A stretch of DNA of 64,000 nucleotides, taken from Harriotta raleighana (lineage: Eukaryota). The stretch lies in the NCBI GenBank assembly GCA_050575255.1, contig JBNZDD010013635.1, positions 2,705,670 to 2,769,669 of the forward strand, read 5' to 3'. How positions within the stretch are numbered: the first letter of the stretch is position 1; each line of letters starts with the position of its first letter. This document shows, in pieces, positions 12,633-26,164 of the stretch. The notes below the pieces were generated by a model. The model ran no database searches. It was not told the DNA's origin and was given only the letters and a program-made list of their open reading frames with translations. The position numbers were made by a program, and so were the translations under genes.

Positions 12633-12854
12633 AGAAGTTGCTTGGGAAACTCAGTAAGTCAGGCAGCATTCATGGAGAAAGGAAAGTGAGTCAACGTTTC
12701 GGGTCCACGACCCTTCGTGGTTCTGACGAAGAGTCGTGGACCTGAAACGTTGACTCACTTTCCTTTCTCCATGGATGCTGCCTGACTTGTTGAGTTTCCC
12801 CAGCAACTTCTGTGTATTTTTCAGATTCCCAGCATCTGTAGTATTTTGTGTTTT
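12633..12854. mobile_element. Palindromic (inverted-arm) Penelope-like terminal repeat
   Basis: ~85-bp arms at 12633-12718 and 12723-12811 are reverse complements; contains a CTGACGA...GAAAC hammerhead core. Confidence 0.7.
12717..12758 (+). ncRNA. Minimal type I hammerhead ribozyme motif (PLE-type)
   Basis: GUGGUU-CUGACGA-AGAGUC-GUG-GACCU-GAAA-CGUU-GACUCAC: core CUGANGA and GAAA, stem II, palindromic ACGU helix III, stem I GUGGUU/GAC(U)CAC. Confidence 0.5.
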
Positions 12855-13235
12855 GTCATGGTTTATTTATTTCAGTTCCATCCTTGTTCCTACTCTTGGC
12901 TCAGTTACACAAACTGTTCCCCAGGTGGATGTGTGTAGGTGCTGTAGGGTGAATTGTGCTCTGAATTTCGACTTGTCTTATGCGACTGTGTCTAACCTGT
13001 ATTTGAGAATTAGGGTGAGTTGTGCTAACTTAGTGCTTAACACTGACGTATCAACCCACTGCATTGCATTCAAAAGTATATTAACTTCCTTAGAAAGCTG
13101 TGCCTGTTGTGTAAAACCAGTTGTTCATTGTTTCTCTGAGTTTAGATTGTGATCGTTGTGGATTCTGTTGGGATCCAGCTTAATACCTTAAACCTTGCAT
13201 TTGATAAGGAATCTTCCACATTCAGGTTGGAGGTA

Positions 13236-14110
13236 CAGGCAGTCCTCAAGTTACGTCAGGGTTAGGTTCCTAAGATGTGGTGTAAGTCGAATTTGTATGC
13301 AAGTCGAGTCACCCCCCTATAATGCTTACAGTAACATACAGTGATTGGTTATAGTGTATAGTGAGCTGCCCTCTCTCCCCTGCACCCCTCCTAATATGTA
13401 CAGTACTGTAAATAAAATAAAATNNNNNNNNNNNNNNNNNNNNNNNNNNNNNNNNNNNNNNNNNNNNNNNNNNNNNNNNNNNNNNNNNNNNNNNNNNNNN
13501 NNNNNNNNNNNNNNNNNNNNNNNNNNNNNNNNNNNNNNNNNNNNNNNNNNNNNNNNNNNNNNNNNNNNNNNNNNNNNNNNNNNNNNNNNNNNNNNNNNNN
13601 NNNNNNNNNNNNNNNNNNNNNNNNNNNNNNNNNNNNNNNNNNNNNNNNNNNNNNNNNNNNNNNNNNNNNNNNNNNNNNNNNNNNNNNNNNNNNNNNNNNN
13701 NNNNNNNNNNNNNNNNNNNNNNNNNNNNNNNNNNNNNNNNNNNNNNNNNNNNNNNNNNNNNNNNNNNNNNNNNNNNNNNNNNNNNNNNNNNNNNNNNNNN
13801 NNNNNNNNNNNNNNNNNNNNAAAGGCTGGAGAGTACTGTACCGCCGAGCTCACAGACTCACACAGTACCTGTACAGTACACACTCGCGTCTCGCCTCCAT
13901 CCTGTTCCTGTCCTGAACGCGTATCGTGGTCCCGTAAGTGTTGAGAGCGGCGACTCCAGTTTTCTATCGCGCGTGGGGCAACTAAAGTATTTACATAGTA
14001 GTGTCGTAACTTCGAGACCTCGGATGTAACTCGGACGTAATTTTACTGATTTTAAGTGTCGTAACTTCGAATTGTCGTACCTCGAAATGTCGTAACTAGA
14101 GGACTGCCTG
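13236..14110 (-). mobile_element. Tigger/TcMar-type non-autonomous DNA transposon, family A (contains a gap)
   Basis: TA-CAGGCAGTCCTCAAGTTACG ... CGTAACTAGAGGACTGCCTG-TA terminal inverted repeats. Confidence 0.85.
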
Positions 14111-17100
14111 TACTGTATATTATGCCTGTTTGTGGTGTTTGGAACTTTAACATGTCTGCCTTCTTGTACAGCTCCCCTTAGAATAAGAATATTCTCCAAA
14201 ATATTTCTGTATAACTACATCAACAGATCTAGTTATGGATATCGTATCAGAGAAATTTGCTAGAAGCTGTGTGGCTATTTGGTGAGAATAGGATTACCCC
14301 ACAAATGATTGAATACTGGTCAGTACTGATACGTACTGTCTAAGATTGCGTTTAAGCAATGATCAAAGAGCTGGTGGCACATCACTAGACAAGCATTAGA
14401 CATTAGGTGAGTCAGTATCTTAAAAGGAGAGTGGGGAAGTTGGAGGACGTAAAAAAACCTAAAGATAAAGCTGATTGGAGGACAGAACCTGCGCTAAAGA
14501 TCATGGGGGAGGAAGAAGAAAGTCTAAATAAATAATCCGAATTTTGGTTCTGGTATAATCCTGAGAGAGGAAGCTTGTTGTGAATGAGGAATGATGTGTG
14601 GTTTCCTGGAGGTCAATGTGGTGCTCTTTATAGTGAATCCAGAGATCAGCAGGAAGTAATGCAGTCTAAAGCCATGTTGCGGTGGTGGCAAGGTGGTTTT
14701 TGTTCTGCATTTGAGATTTGTGTACAGTAAAAGCCCATTTATCCGGCACGGATGGGACCTGGCCAGTGTCGGTTAAACGGCTTTCTGGTTGAATTATTTT
14801 TTTTAAATTCAAAATTATTTTAACATATACCATATTAATAATAGACTAAATAATAACTGATAATGACAATATTGTATGGGTATTTTATTGTAAATGTTGT
14901 ACATAAATAATAGAGTAAATATAGTAATAACAACTACTGTAATAACAGAATATTGTATGGCTACTTTATTGTAAATTTTTAACAATNGTTCTGACGAAGA
15001 GTCGTGGACCTGAAACGTTGACTCACTTTCCTTTCTCCATGGATGCTGCCTGACCTGCCGAGTGTTCCCAGNACGGGTTTTTAAAAATTAAAAACAAAAA
15101 TATTTTAACACATATATTAATAATAGACTAAATAATAGCAGAATATTGTATTAGTACTTTTATTTATATTTAACTTCGCAATCGCAGGCCTCACCCGACC
15201 TATTTTAGTGCTTTATAGGTGAGACAAGCATCACTATGCGTGAGTTCCCATTAACATAATAACGATGAAAGTAAAAAAAAGCGACTTTGAAGGGGAGGAG
15301 CGATCTCCCTCTCTGTCTCTCTCTCTCTCTNAAATACGGCCATTTGTTTGCTTTTGTTTAAAACAAAGCATGGCTTATTTAGAAGTTGCTTGGGAAACTC
15401 AGTAAGTCAGGCAGCATTCATGGAGAAAGGAAAGTGAGTCAACGTTTCGGGTCCACGACCCTTCGTGGTTCTGACGAAGAGTCGTGGACCTGAAACGTTG
15501 ACTCACTTTCCTTTCTCCATGGATGCTGCCTGACTTGTTGAGTTTCCCCAGCAACTTCTGTGTATTTTTCAGATTCCCAGCATCTGTAGTATTTTGTGTT
15601 TTGTCATGGTTTATTTATTTCAGTTCCATCCTTGTTCCTACTCTTGGCTCAGTTACACAAACTGTTCCCCAGGTGGATGTGTGTAGGTGCTGTAGGGTGA
15701 ATTGTGCTCTGAATTTCGACTTGTCTTATGCGACTGTGTCTAACCTGTATTTGAGAATTAGGGTGAGTTGTGCTAACTTAGTGCTTAACACTGACGTATC
15801 AACCCACTGCATTGCATTCAAAAGTATATTAACTTCCTTAGAAAGCTGTGCCTGTTGTGTAAAACCAGTTGTTCATTGTTTCTCTGAGTTTAGATTGTGA
15901 TCGTTGTGGATTCTGTTGGGATCCAGCTTAATACCTTAAACCTTGCATTTGATAAGGAATCTTCCACATTCAGGTTGGAGGTACAGGCNTGAAAGTAAAA
16001 AAAAGCGACTTTGNNNNNNNNNNNNNNNNNNNNNNNNNNNNNNNNNNNNNNNNNNNNNNNNNNNNNNNNNNNNNNNNNNNNNNNNNNNNNNNNNNNNNNN
16101 NNNNNNNNNNNNNNNNNNNNNNNNNNNNNNNNNNNNNNNNNNNNNNNNNNNGTCTCTTGTGTGTCTTTCTCTCTGTCTGTGTCTCTCTCTCTATGTCCCT
16201 CTGTGTGTGTATATGTATCTCTCTCCCCCTCTTTCTCTCTGTCTATGTGACTCTCTGTGTCTGTGTGTCTCTCTTTGTCTGTATGTGTCTCCCTCCCTCT
16301 CTGTATCTAAGTGTGTGGCTCCCTGTGTGTGTATGTGTCTCTCTATCTGTGTCTGTCTCTCTGTGTGTTTGTGTATAAATGGCTTCTGCCCAGAGCTCTT
16401 GAGTCTCACCAGTTTAGACACACCTAGTGGCCAACCAGGAGTACTGCACTCGCTTGCAACAGTCCATTCATGAAACGGGTCATCACTATTCGCTGGATAA
16501 CGTCCGGTTTAGCGAACTGGGACTTTTTTTTGAGATGGTGGTTGAACGGGTATTCCGATTATTCGAGTCACGGATAAGCAGGGTTCTACTGTACTTAACT
16601 TCTGCAATGGCCGCCACGGAGGAAAACAAAACGGCAGCGTTTTGAAAAACGGCAGTAGTGCGACTTTAGGCTCGACTAGTGGCCAGCCGAAACACCAACA
16701 TAGTAATCGTGTGCGACAATCGATTCATTAAATGTNTATATTATGCCTGTTTGTGGTGTTTGGAACTTTAACATGTCTGCCTTCTTGTACAGCTCCCCTT
16801 AGAATAAGAATATTCTCCAAAATATTTCTGTATAACTACATCAACAGATCTAGTTATGGATATCGTATCAGAGAAATTTGCTAGAAGCTGTGTGGCTATT
16901 TGGTGAGAATAGGATTACCCCACAAATGATTGAATACTGGTCAGTACTGATACGTACTGTCTAAGATTGCGTTTAAGCAATGATCAAAGAGCTGGTGGCA
17001 CATCACTAGACAAGCATTAGACATTAGGTGAGTCAGTATCTTAAAAGGAGAGTGGGGAAGTTGGAGGACGTAAAAAAACCTAAAGATAAAGCTGATTGGA

Positions 17101-19285
17101 GGACAGAACCTGCGCTAAAGATCATGGGGGAGGAAGAAGAAAGTCTAAATAAATAATCCGAATTTTGGTTCTGGTATAATCCTGAGAGAGGAAGCTTGTT
17201 GTGAATGAGGAATGATGTGTGGTTTCCTGGAGGTCAATGTGGTGCTCTTTATAGTGAATCCAGAGATCAGCAGGAAGTAATGCAGTCTAAAGCCATGTTG
17301 CGGTGGTGGCAAGGTGGTTTTTGTTCTGCATTTGAGATTTGTGTACAGTAAAAGCCCATTTATCCGGCACGGATGGGACCTGGCCAGTGTCGGTTAAACG
17401 GCTTTCTGGTTGAATTATTTTTTTTAAATTCAAAATTATTTTAACATATACCATATTAATAATAGACTAAATAATAACTGATAATGACAATATTGTATGG
17501 GTATTTTATTGTAAATGTTGTACATAAATAATAGAGTAAATATAGTAATAACAACTACTGTAATAACAGAATATTGTATGGCTACTTTATTGTAAATTTT
17601 NNNNNNNNNNNNNNNNNNNNNNNNNNNNNNNNNNNNNNNNNNNNNNNNNNNNNNNNNNNNNNNNNNNNNNNNNNNNNNNNNNNNNNNNNNNNNNNNNNNN
17701 NNNNNNNNNNNNNNNNNNNNNNNNNNNNNNNNNNNNNNNNNNNNNNNNNNNNNNNNNNNNNNNNNNNNNNNNNNNNNNNNNNNNNNNNNNNNNNNNNNNN
17801 NNNNNNNNNNNNNNNNNNNNNNNNNNNNNNNNNNNNNNNNNNNNNNNNNNNNNNNNNNNNNNNNNNNNNNNNNNNNNNNNNNNNNNNNNNNNNNNNNNNN
17901 NNNNNNNNNNNNNNNNNNNNNNNNNNNNNNNNNNNNNNNNNNNNNNNNNNNNNNNNNNNNNNNNNNNNNNNNNNNNNNNNNNNNNNNNNNNNNNNNNNNN
18001 NNNNNNNNNNNNNNNNNNNNNNNNNNNNNNNNNNNNNNNNNNNNNNNNNNNNNNNNNNNNNNNNNNNNNNNNNNNNNNNNNNNNNNNNNNNNNNNNNNNN
18101 NNNNNNNNNNNNNNNNNNNNNNNNNNNNNNNNNNNNNNNNNNNNNNNNNNNNNNNNNNNNNNNNNNNNNNNNNNNNNNNNNNNNNNNNNNNNNNNNNNNN
18201 NNNNNNNNNNNNNNNNNNNNNNNNNNNNNNNNNNNNNNNNNNNNNNNNNNNNNNNNNNNNNNNNNNNNNNNNNNNNNNNNNNNNNNNNNNNNNNNNNNNN
18301 NNNNNNNNNNNNNNNNNNNNNNNNNNNNNNNNNNNNNNNNNNNNNNNNNNNNNNNNNNNNNNNNNNNNNNNNNNNNNNNNNNNNNNNNNNNNNNNNNNNN
18401 NNNNNNNNNNNNNNNNNNNNNNNNNNNNNNNNNNNNNNNNNNNNNNNNNNNNNNNNNNNNNNNNNNNNNNNNNNNNNNNNNNNNNNNNNNNNNNNNNNNN
18501 NNNNNNNNNNNNNNNNNNNNNNNNNNNNNNNNNNNNNNNNNNNNNNNNNNNNNNNNNNNNNNTGTCGTAACTTCGAGACCTCGGATGTAACTCGGACGTA
18601 ATTTTACTGATTTTAAGTGTCGTAACTTCGAATTGTCGTACCTCGAAATGTCGTAACTAGAGGACTGCCTGTACTGTATATTATGCCTGTTTGTGGTGTT
18701 TGGAACTTTAACATGTCTGCCTTCTTGTACAGCTCCCCTTAGAATAAGAATATTCTCCAAAATATTTCTGTATAACTACATCAACAGATCTAGTTATGGA
18801 TATCGTATCAGAGAAATTTGCTAGAAGCTGTGTGGCTATTTGGTGAGAATAGGATTACCCCACAAATGATTGAATACTGGTCAGTACTGATACGTACTGT
18901 CTAAGATTGCGTTTAAGCAATGATCAAAGAGCTGGTGGCACATCACTAGACAAGCATTAGACATTAGGTGAGTCAGTATCTTAAAAGGAGAGTGGGGAAG
19001 TTGGAGGACGTAAAAAAACCTAAAGATAAAGCTGATTGGAGGACAGAACCTGCGCTAAAGATCATGGGGGAGGAAGAAGAAAGTCTAAATAAATAATCCG
19101 AATTTTGGTTCTGGTATAATCCTGAGAGAGGAAGCTTGTTGTGAATGAGGAATGATGTGTGGTTTCCTGGAGGTCAATGTGGTGCTCTTTATAGTGAATC
19201 CAGAGATCAGCAGGAAGTAATGCAGTCTAAAGCCATGTTGCGGTGGTGGCAAGGTGGTTTTTGTTCTGCATTTGAGATTTGTGTA

Positions 19286-20760
19286 CAGTAAAAGCCCATT
19301 TATCCGGCACGGATGGGACCTGGCCAGTGTCGGTTAAACGGCTTTCTGGTTGAATTATTTTTTTTAAATTCAAAATTATTTTAACATATACCATATTAAT
19401 AATAGACTAAATAATAACTGATAATGACAATATTGTATGGGTATTTTATTGTAAATGTTGTACATAAATAATAGAGTAAATATAGTAATAACAACTACTG
19501 TAATAACAGAATATTGTATGGCTACTTTATTGTAAATTTTGAACAATACTATGTAAATAATAGATTAAATACACTAATAACAGATACTATAATAACAGAA
19601 TATTGTATTAGTAGTTTATTATTTATACAGTAAAACTCAGTTTATCCGGCACCCACGGGACCTGGCCAGTGGCGGTTAAACCGTTTTTCCAGTTGAACGG
19701 GTTTTTAAAAATTAAAAACAAAAATATTTTAACACATATATTAATAATAGACTAAATAATAGCAGAATATTGTATTAGTACTTTTATTTATATTTAACTT
19801 CGCAATCGCAGGCCTCACCCGACCTATTTTAGTGCTTTATAGGTGAGACAAGCATCACTATGCGTGAGTTCCCATTAACATAATAACGATGAAAGTAAAA
19901 AAAAGCGACTTTGAAGGGGAGGAGCGATCTCCCTCTCTGTCTCTCTCTCTCTCTTTGTTTTTGTGTGGTCTCTCTCTCCCTCTCTCTGTGTGTATGTGTG
20001 TGTCTCTCTCTCTGTCTTTGTGTGTATCTCTCTCTGTCTGTCTGTGTCTCTCTCTCTCTGTATGTGTGTCTCTGTCTCTTGTGTGTCTGTCTCTCTGTCT
20101 GTGTCTCTCTCTCTATGTCCCTCTGTGTGTGTATATGTATCTCTCTCCCCCTCTTTCTCTCTGTCTATGTGACTCTCTGTGTCTGTGTGTCTCTCTTTGT
20201 CTGTATGTGTCTCCCTCCCTCTCTGTATCTAAGTGTGTGGCTCCCTGTGTGTGTATGTGTCTCTCTATCTGTGTCTGTCTCTCTGTGTGTTTGTGTATAA
20301 ATGGCTTCTGCCCAGAGCTCTTGAGTCTCACCAGTTTAGACACACCTAGTGGCCAACCAGGAGTACTGCACTCGCTTGCAACAGTCCATTCATGAAACGG
20401 GTCATCACTATTCGCTGGATAACGTCCGGTTTAGCGAACTGGGACTTTTTTTTGAGATGGTGGTTGAACGGGTATTCCGATTATTCGAGTCACGGATAAG
20501 CAGGGTTCTACTGTACTTAACTTCTGCAATGGCCGCCACGGAGGAAAACAAAACGGCAGCGTTTTGAAAAACGGCAGTAGTGCGACTTTAGGCTCGACTA
20601 GTGGCCAGCCGAAACACCAACATAGTAATCGTGTGCGACAATCGATTCATTAAATGTGTCATCGCTGTTCTGCTGATTTATCGAATCAGGACTTTTTTTT
20701 GAGGTGCCGGTTCAACGGGTTTTCTGATTCATTGAGTCATGGATAAACGGGCTTTTACTG
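19286..20760. mobile_element. TcMar/Tigger-like MITE, family B (outer element)
   Basis: TA-CAGTAAAAGCCCATTTATCC ... GGATAAACGGGCTTTTACTG-TA. Confidence 0.85.
19628..20513. mobile_element. Related family-B MITE nested in the outer copy, carrying a TC/TG microsatellite
   Basis: TA-CAGTAAAACTCAGTTTATCC ... GGATAAGCAGGGTTCTACTG-TA; the outer sequence resumes after the TA. Confidence 0.8.
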
Positions 20761-21845
20761 TATATGGCACAATCTTGTTACATTGTTGGGTACTGGGTGT
20801 GGATGTTTTGAGCCCCACATTAAGGTCGCATCTTCCAGTTTAAGCAGTCGATGGGATCCCACGACACTTTCAAAGAGCAGTTTGTTCTCCCAAGTTTTCT
20901 CGCCAATGCAGTTTGCTCAAACAAAGAAACAGATTAATTTTGGTCATCCATCTCATTGCTTGGGAGTCAGTTGAGCCTGATTAACAACACTGGGAGTTTC
21001 AGAGACATGTATGAACAGGAAGAATCTGTTTTCTCAGGTCTGAATGGATCCTGTAAAATTGCCTGATCAAGAATGGCTAGTTTCCAAAGGATATTTTATC
21101 CTTGGTACTTGCATATGCCAGCCAAGTTTCTGTTGGTGCTGAAAGAGAAGGGTGGGGAGAGGAAAGCAGTGTCTTTAGTACTCTGGAGTCTACTGGCAGT
21201 AACTAGGTTGTTAGTCGATTGTCGAATCGCTTTCCAAGGCGAATAATCTCTTCAAAAACAAACAAACCAAATTTGCTTACTCAATCCACGACTATTTGTG
21301 GGACATTGCTGCGTACATTTTGCCTGCAAAAATATGTAGTCAGTTCTCTTTATATTTCATTCTGTGAAGCATTTTGAGACACTGCAAGCAATGTGATATA
21401 TCAAATGCAAGGATTATTATTACAGGATGATTTAGGGTAGCTGTTCTGTTCCCTTATGTACTATATTGGCAGGAGTGAAGATTCTAGGGTGTGGCACATT
21501 TGGATCTTCTGCTTAACCTGTTTACAATCCACTTAAAGTATATTAGATCTACCCTGTATTTAAATGATATACTTTCATTTGAAATAAACCTCACCCTCCA
21601 TTCAGGGTCTCATAGGCGGTAATTGGATGTTTTAGGAGTGGATTTAATTCAGTAGTTTTCAATTGAAGGGTGGATGTTTCCCCATTTTGATTCATTCAGA
21701 TGAAAGCTTTTTTCCCAAAAGGCTGAGGACTTTGGTACTGAACTAGGAAATCTATAACAGCAACAACAAAATTACATTTGTATACTGCCTTTCACGTTGG
21801 GAAGATGTCCCAATGAGCTGAGAAATTCATTGAGGGTTGAAATTA

Positions 21846-22288
21846 CAGTAAAATTCCTTTAATCCGGCACCTGTTAATTCAGAATGCCTTATAATCCGGC
21901 ATGTGCGATGGTCCCATTTTTTTCTAATATGCACATCTCTATGTGCATCTCTTCCCAGAGAGCCATCACACTATTCAGTGCATTTTGCTCAGGGGCCCGT
22001 CACTGACGTCATGTTTAATAAGTGTGCATGCGCTCTCTAATGAATGCGCGCTCAATTTTTAAAAAATTAACTTTCGGCGGATGCAATGCCTCTTCAGGCA
22101 GATCGCCAAAAGAGGCGTCCGTCAGGCTGGGGAGACCTTTGGTTTTCGCTATATGGCTATGTAACATAGATAAGAGCATAGCATAATCAAATTCTCCCAT
22201 CCCTAAGAGTAATGTCCAATAATCCGCTATATTTGCTAATCCGGCATTGCCTAGATCCCAAATGTGCCGGATTATCAGAATTTTATTG
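21846..22288. mobile_element. TcMar-like MITE
   Basis: TA-CAGTAAAATTCCTTTAATCCGGCAC ... GTGCCGGATTATCAGAATTTTATTG-TA. Confidence 0.8.
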
Positions 22289-22689
22289 TAGCTGTATCTT
22301 TTGGGATGTTCTTGAAACAGTAAATTCATTGTAACCCTAGCATGAACTTGCTGTACCATTTGTCCACAAAAAATAAGATTCTTGTCTACTTTGTTTGCTG
22401 TCCCTCTCCAGTATGTAGCGGGGACGATAGTATGTTTTTTTTAACTGTGGGCCAATGACTTGTGATGTAACAAATTCTCATCCAACACCAACAACTTGCA
22501 TTGCACAGCCATTTATATAGCGCCCCTCATACAGGGAAGATTCTCAGAGCGCATTCATTCAGCCATTTTAGCAGTTTTTATTGCTTCATGGCAGATCTTT
22601 TAATTCAATTTTCTAGCCTTTTTCTAAAAAAAAACTTTGAACATAAGGGCATTCAGGGGTATAAACATCCTGACTGATTCTGTTGGCCT

Positions 22690-22795
22690 TCTGGGGCAAT
22701 GCATTCCACGTTTTAACAACCCTCTGTGTGAAGAAATATTTTTTGATCTCACTTCTAACTTGCTTGACTCTAATTTTAAGATTGTGATACTTCAT
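22690..22795 (-). mobile_element. CR1 LINE ORF2 C-terminal remnant
   Basis: Peptide LKIRVKQVRSEIKKYFFTQRVVKTWNALP is typical of the CR1 3' end. Confidence 0.7.
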
Positions 22796-25700
22796 GTAAT
22801 TTAATTGTGACCGCTTTCAAATATAGCAAAACATTGCAAAACCAACTAAGTGTTCCTCACAGAGTATGTTGTCAGACATCTTCACCTCTTGTCTATTGCT
22901 AATGATAATCCTTTATCTCCTAGTTTTCCACTGCTTCACTCTTGTAGCATTGTTCTCAAAACAATGGTTTTGAGAGAGAAAGTATAAGTCTTTGCAAACC
23001 ACAGAGGTCGGATTCTACAGGCATTGTTCCAAGACTTGTGAGCAATAGGAATTCTGCTGTGCTGCCAAGTGTTTCCATATTGCTTCCGGCAGAAGTCCAG
23101 AAGCACGGCCCTTTCCCTCTCTTTCCCCCCACACACTTTGCCAGCCATTGTATTACTGTAGCAAGAATGCTGGGATGCTATTATAAATACATGTTGTTGT
23201 AGAGAAGTCAGTGTAAGTGCAGATGGTTCTGAATTAACCTCTTTCTGAGTGTAGGGAAAAGCGAAAACTAGTGTTTGAATGCAATCATTACAAGAGCTAT
23301 GCAAGACTGACGTTTGTAATGGAATATTCAAATGATGACATGGTCCAAGTAAAGGCTAAGAGTATAACTGTTGTGATGAGGGGATATGGTTTTATCAAAT
23401 TCACAACACAACATTGCAGCTGGAGCCAGTTTCCTCTGGACAAGCTACTTCTTACCAGCAGGCTAGTGCATTTGCTGCTGATATTCACAGTGTGAATCTG
23501 GCAGATATTCAAACAATATCTCACAGGCTCAGTATACAGCAGACCTGTTTCTATCTCACTGGCCCTCCTATGTTCTCCATTGTATATACTAAATCAAACA
23601 TTGAAGAGAAGTGGGCTCATGATATAACTAACATTTTTGTGGTGGTGACTTGGTTGGAGACATAGGTTAGATTTGAATTTCTCTAGAGATATATTCTCCA
23701 AATCTTGAAGAGTAAATAGAGTGGAGATTGTGCTAAATGGGTGGAGATTTGGCAGCATCCTGAAATTGGGTGGATTAATTTTAAAATTGTAGCTCCTTCA
23801 TCAGAGCTGAAGTTGGAGAGTACAGTGTGTGAGAAAGCAGTGGGAGGCGGACTGTCATGTGAATTCTTTTGTTCAAGCGCTGCGTTCAGAGGGAGTAAAA
23901 TTGTCTAATTTACTGACACAAATGTTTGAATTACTCACATGACTGGAGATTATTTATTCATAAAATATTTCAGAAGAATTCCAAAATGTGTAGCTTGATT
24001 GTACAGCAGCTCAGTACACCCACTGATGGCCTTGGTGGGCTAAGGGGTGAGTGCTCTTCAATTTTAAAATTAACTTGTATTTTATGTAAAAGCATTTTCA
24101 AATCACTTTGCACAGTTTGACTAATTATCTCAACAAAGGCCTACATCATAACAATCAGTTCCCCCAACAGACTTGGTGTTTTTGTGAATTTAATTTTTTT
24201 CATCCTGTATGAGAGATCAATGGCGATTAAGTGCTTCAGTGTGAATGTGTTATCTGAAACCAACTGAGGGATATTGTGTGTAGTCTGTGAGGTGTCAGTT
24301 CACTTATTATGAACCTAATGAAAGCTGTTGAATTGTTTGTTGCACAGTAATAATAAACACAGATTATGTTCCATTGGTCCATTAGTAATAAATGATGAGT
24401 GAAACAAAGGGCTTCTGGTTTCCATCACACAAGGTTGTTCTTGCAAACATTTCCTTGTATAATCTTGTGGCTAACAACTAAATTTGCAACGTAACCTTCC
24501 ATCTATTCAAACCATTCTTTCAAGGATTATTATTCATTGTAAGTAAAATTTCGGTGATCACATTTCCTTACTTACTGGGCAGGTTTGAGGGAAACCACAA
24601 AGAATAGATTGGGGGGTAGAGTGGGTGGGATGGGGGTTAGAGATTAGATAGCTTGGGGAAAAAGGATAAATGGGGTGTGGGGTGACAGAGTGAAGACTGG
24701 ATTAGGAACAGCAGGTGTGGGGTGGCTGGGTGAAGGATGTACAACAGATGTACTTATCTTGAGCTTGACACTTATTATGTATTTTGACTATGTTCGTGTG
24801 TTAGGAGAGGCACATGTCTAGTTTCCACATTTCAGTTTGCTTCAAACGAAGATCTGCAGTTAATCTCTGACCTACACTTTTTATCAAAGAAATTCTTAAC
24901 ATCGAATTCTTAGCTGTTCTGTTGGAACTGCATTCCACGATTAATTAAATGCCAATCCTCAGATGGTATGTTGTTTGAACTGCACTAATGCTGTCCAGCA
25001 CAATGCTTAATTGTTGAAGGATGTTTGGAGTTCGTAGCTTCAGGCTAGACGAGTCTAATCTAAACTTTCCTGCTCTTGCTTATCCGCTTAGTTTTTGCTC
25101 TATTTCCTAAAATGTTTTAACAATTGTTAAGACGTGCTCATTATTTCAGGGTGGTTTTCTTTGTCATGGGTGATTGAAAAACATTCAGAATAATCAGCAA
25201 TAATGAGGAGTCGGAAGTATCTTCCACTGCTATTCCTTCCTCATAGGGAGTCCTTTGCTTTAAAATGTACTGACTTGTTACCAGAAGTAAGAAATATTTA
25301 CTACGATGACACAGGTCAAACTGGTAAGATGACACGATTGATTGGGACCCCAAATAATGGTTAATAATGGACCACCAAATTTCAGATAGGACTCATCTGT
25401 CAATGCTTGCTCCAGCCATAAAATACCAAATTGCTGTTACAGGTTTGTGTCCACTTTTCTTAAATTCTGACGGTTTTCTGAGTGCTGATGAATGATGGAG
25501 TGGCTATGTTTCAATTTATGTCGACAACAGGTTATGATGTGTCACTGGACTTGCGGTATTGCGGTTGCCTGGGTAGATTATAGCAACTAAGCCAGCTGGA
25601 AAAAGATGAAGTGGATAACGCCCACGGCTTTCAGTGATGTTCAGCTATCTGCCAGGAGGATAGCTATATTCTGACCTGAGAGCATGTGGGGATTACCATG

Positions 25701-25965
25701 TGCTTTAAGCCCATCTGCAAACTGGACTGCCTGAGAGGCCAAGAGGGATATAACAGATGGCCACCTGGACTGCGTTCAGTCATCTGCTGTAATGCCTATG
25801 ACGGAAAATTAAATGTGTTGAATGCTCGAGCTGTCTTGAAAAATTTAATCTTCTCTATCTTTTCAACCTTTGTGTCTCCTGCTGCTGCAGATAGAGTAAT
25901 TTTGTCTTCCTTCTCTCAAAGGACTAATTGGAAGGTGCTACAACAATCACCCAAATGTTATTATA

Positions 25966-26164
25966 ATAATAATAATCCTTGCATTTGATATAGAGCTTTT
26001 CACACATACATGTTGGTGAAAAGTGGCAGCCAATTTTTTTTAAGGGATTATTATCAGGCGTGTGGAGTAAGGAAACTTGCCCAAGGTTTCACCTTGTCTG
26101 GAATTGAACCCGGGTCTTTCACTTGTAATGTGATTACTCTAACCACTGAGCTACAGGACTCCAC
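25966..26164 (-). mobile_element. tRNA-derived SINE, internally deleted
   Basis: Reverse-complement A/B boxes and ATT tail. Confidence 0.75.

Noticed and set aside
12775-13152. 125-aa ORF appearing twice (also at 15523)
   Set aside because: It starts in the palindromic repeat, has no recognisable domain, and the second copy is an assembly duplicate
19889-20395. Cys/Leu/Ser/Val-rich ORFs (also 15943-16473) and Pro/Gly-rich ORFs at 54986-55494
   Set aside because: Translations of TC/TG microsatellite and C-rich minisatellite
12584-20657. Apparent segmental duplications (12584-13239 = 15332-15988; 14118-14980 = 16737-17600 = 18679-19540; 16152-16735 = 20074-20657), including extra copies of the palindrome
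   Set aside because: The copies are essentially identical and bounded by single n characters or N gaps, which points to scaffolding or gap-filling artefacts rather than biology
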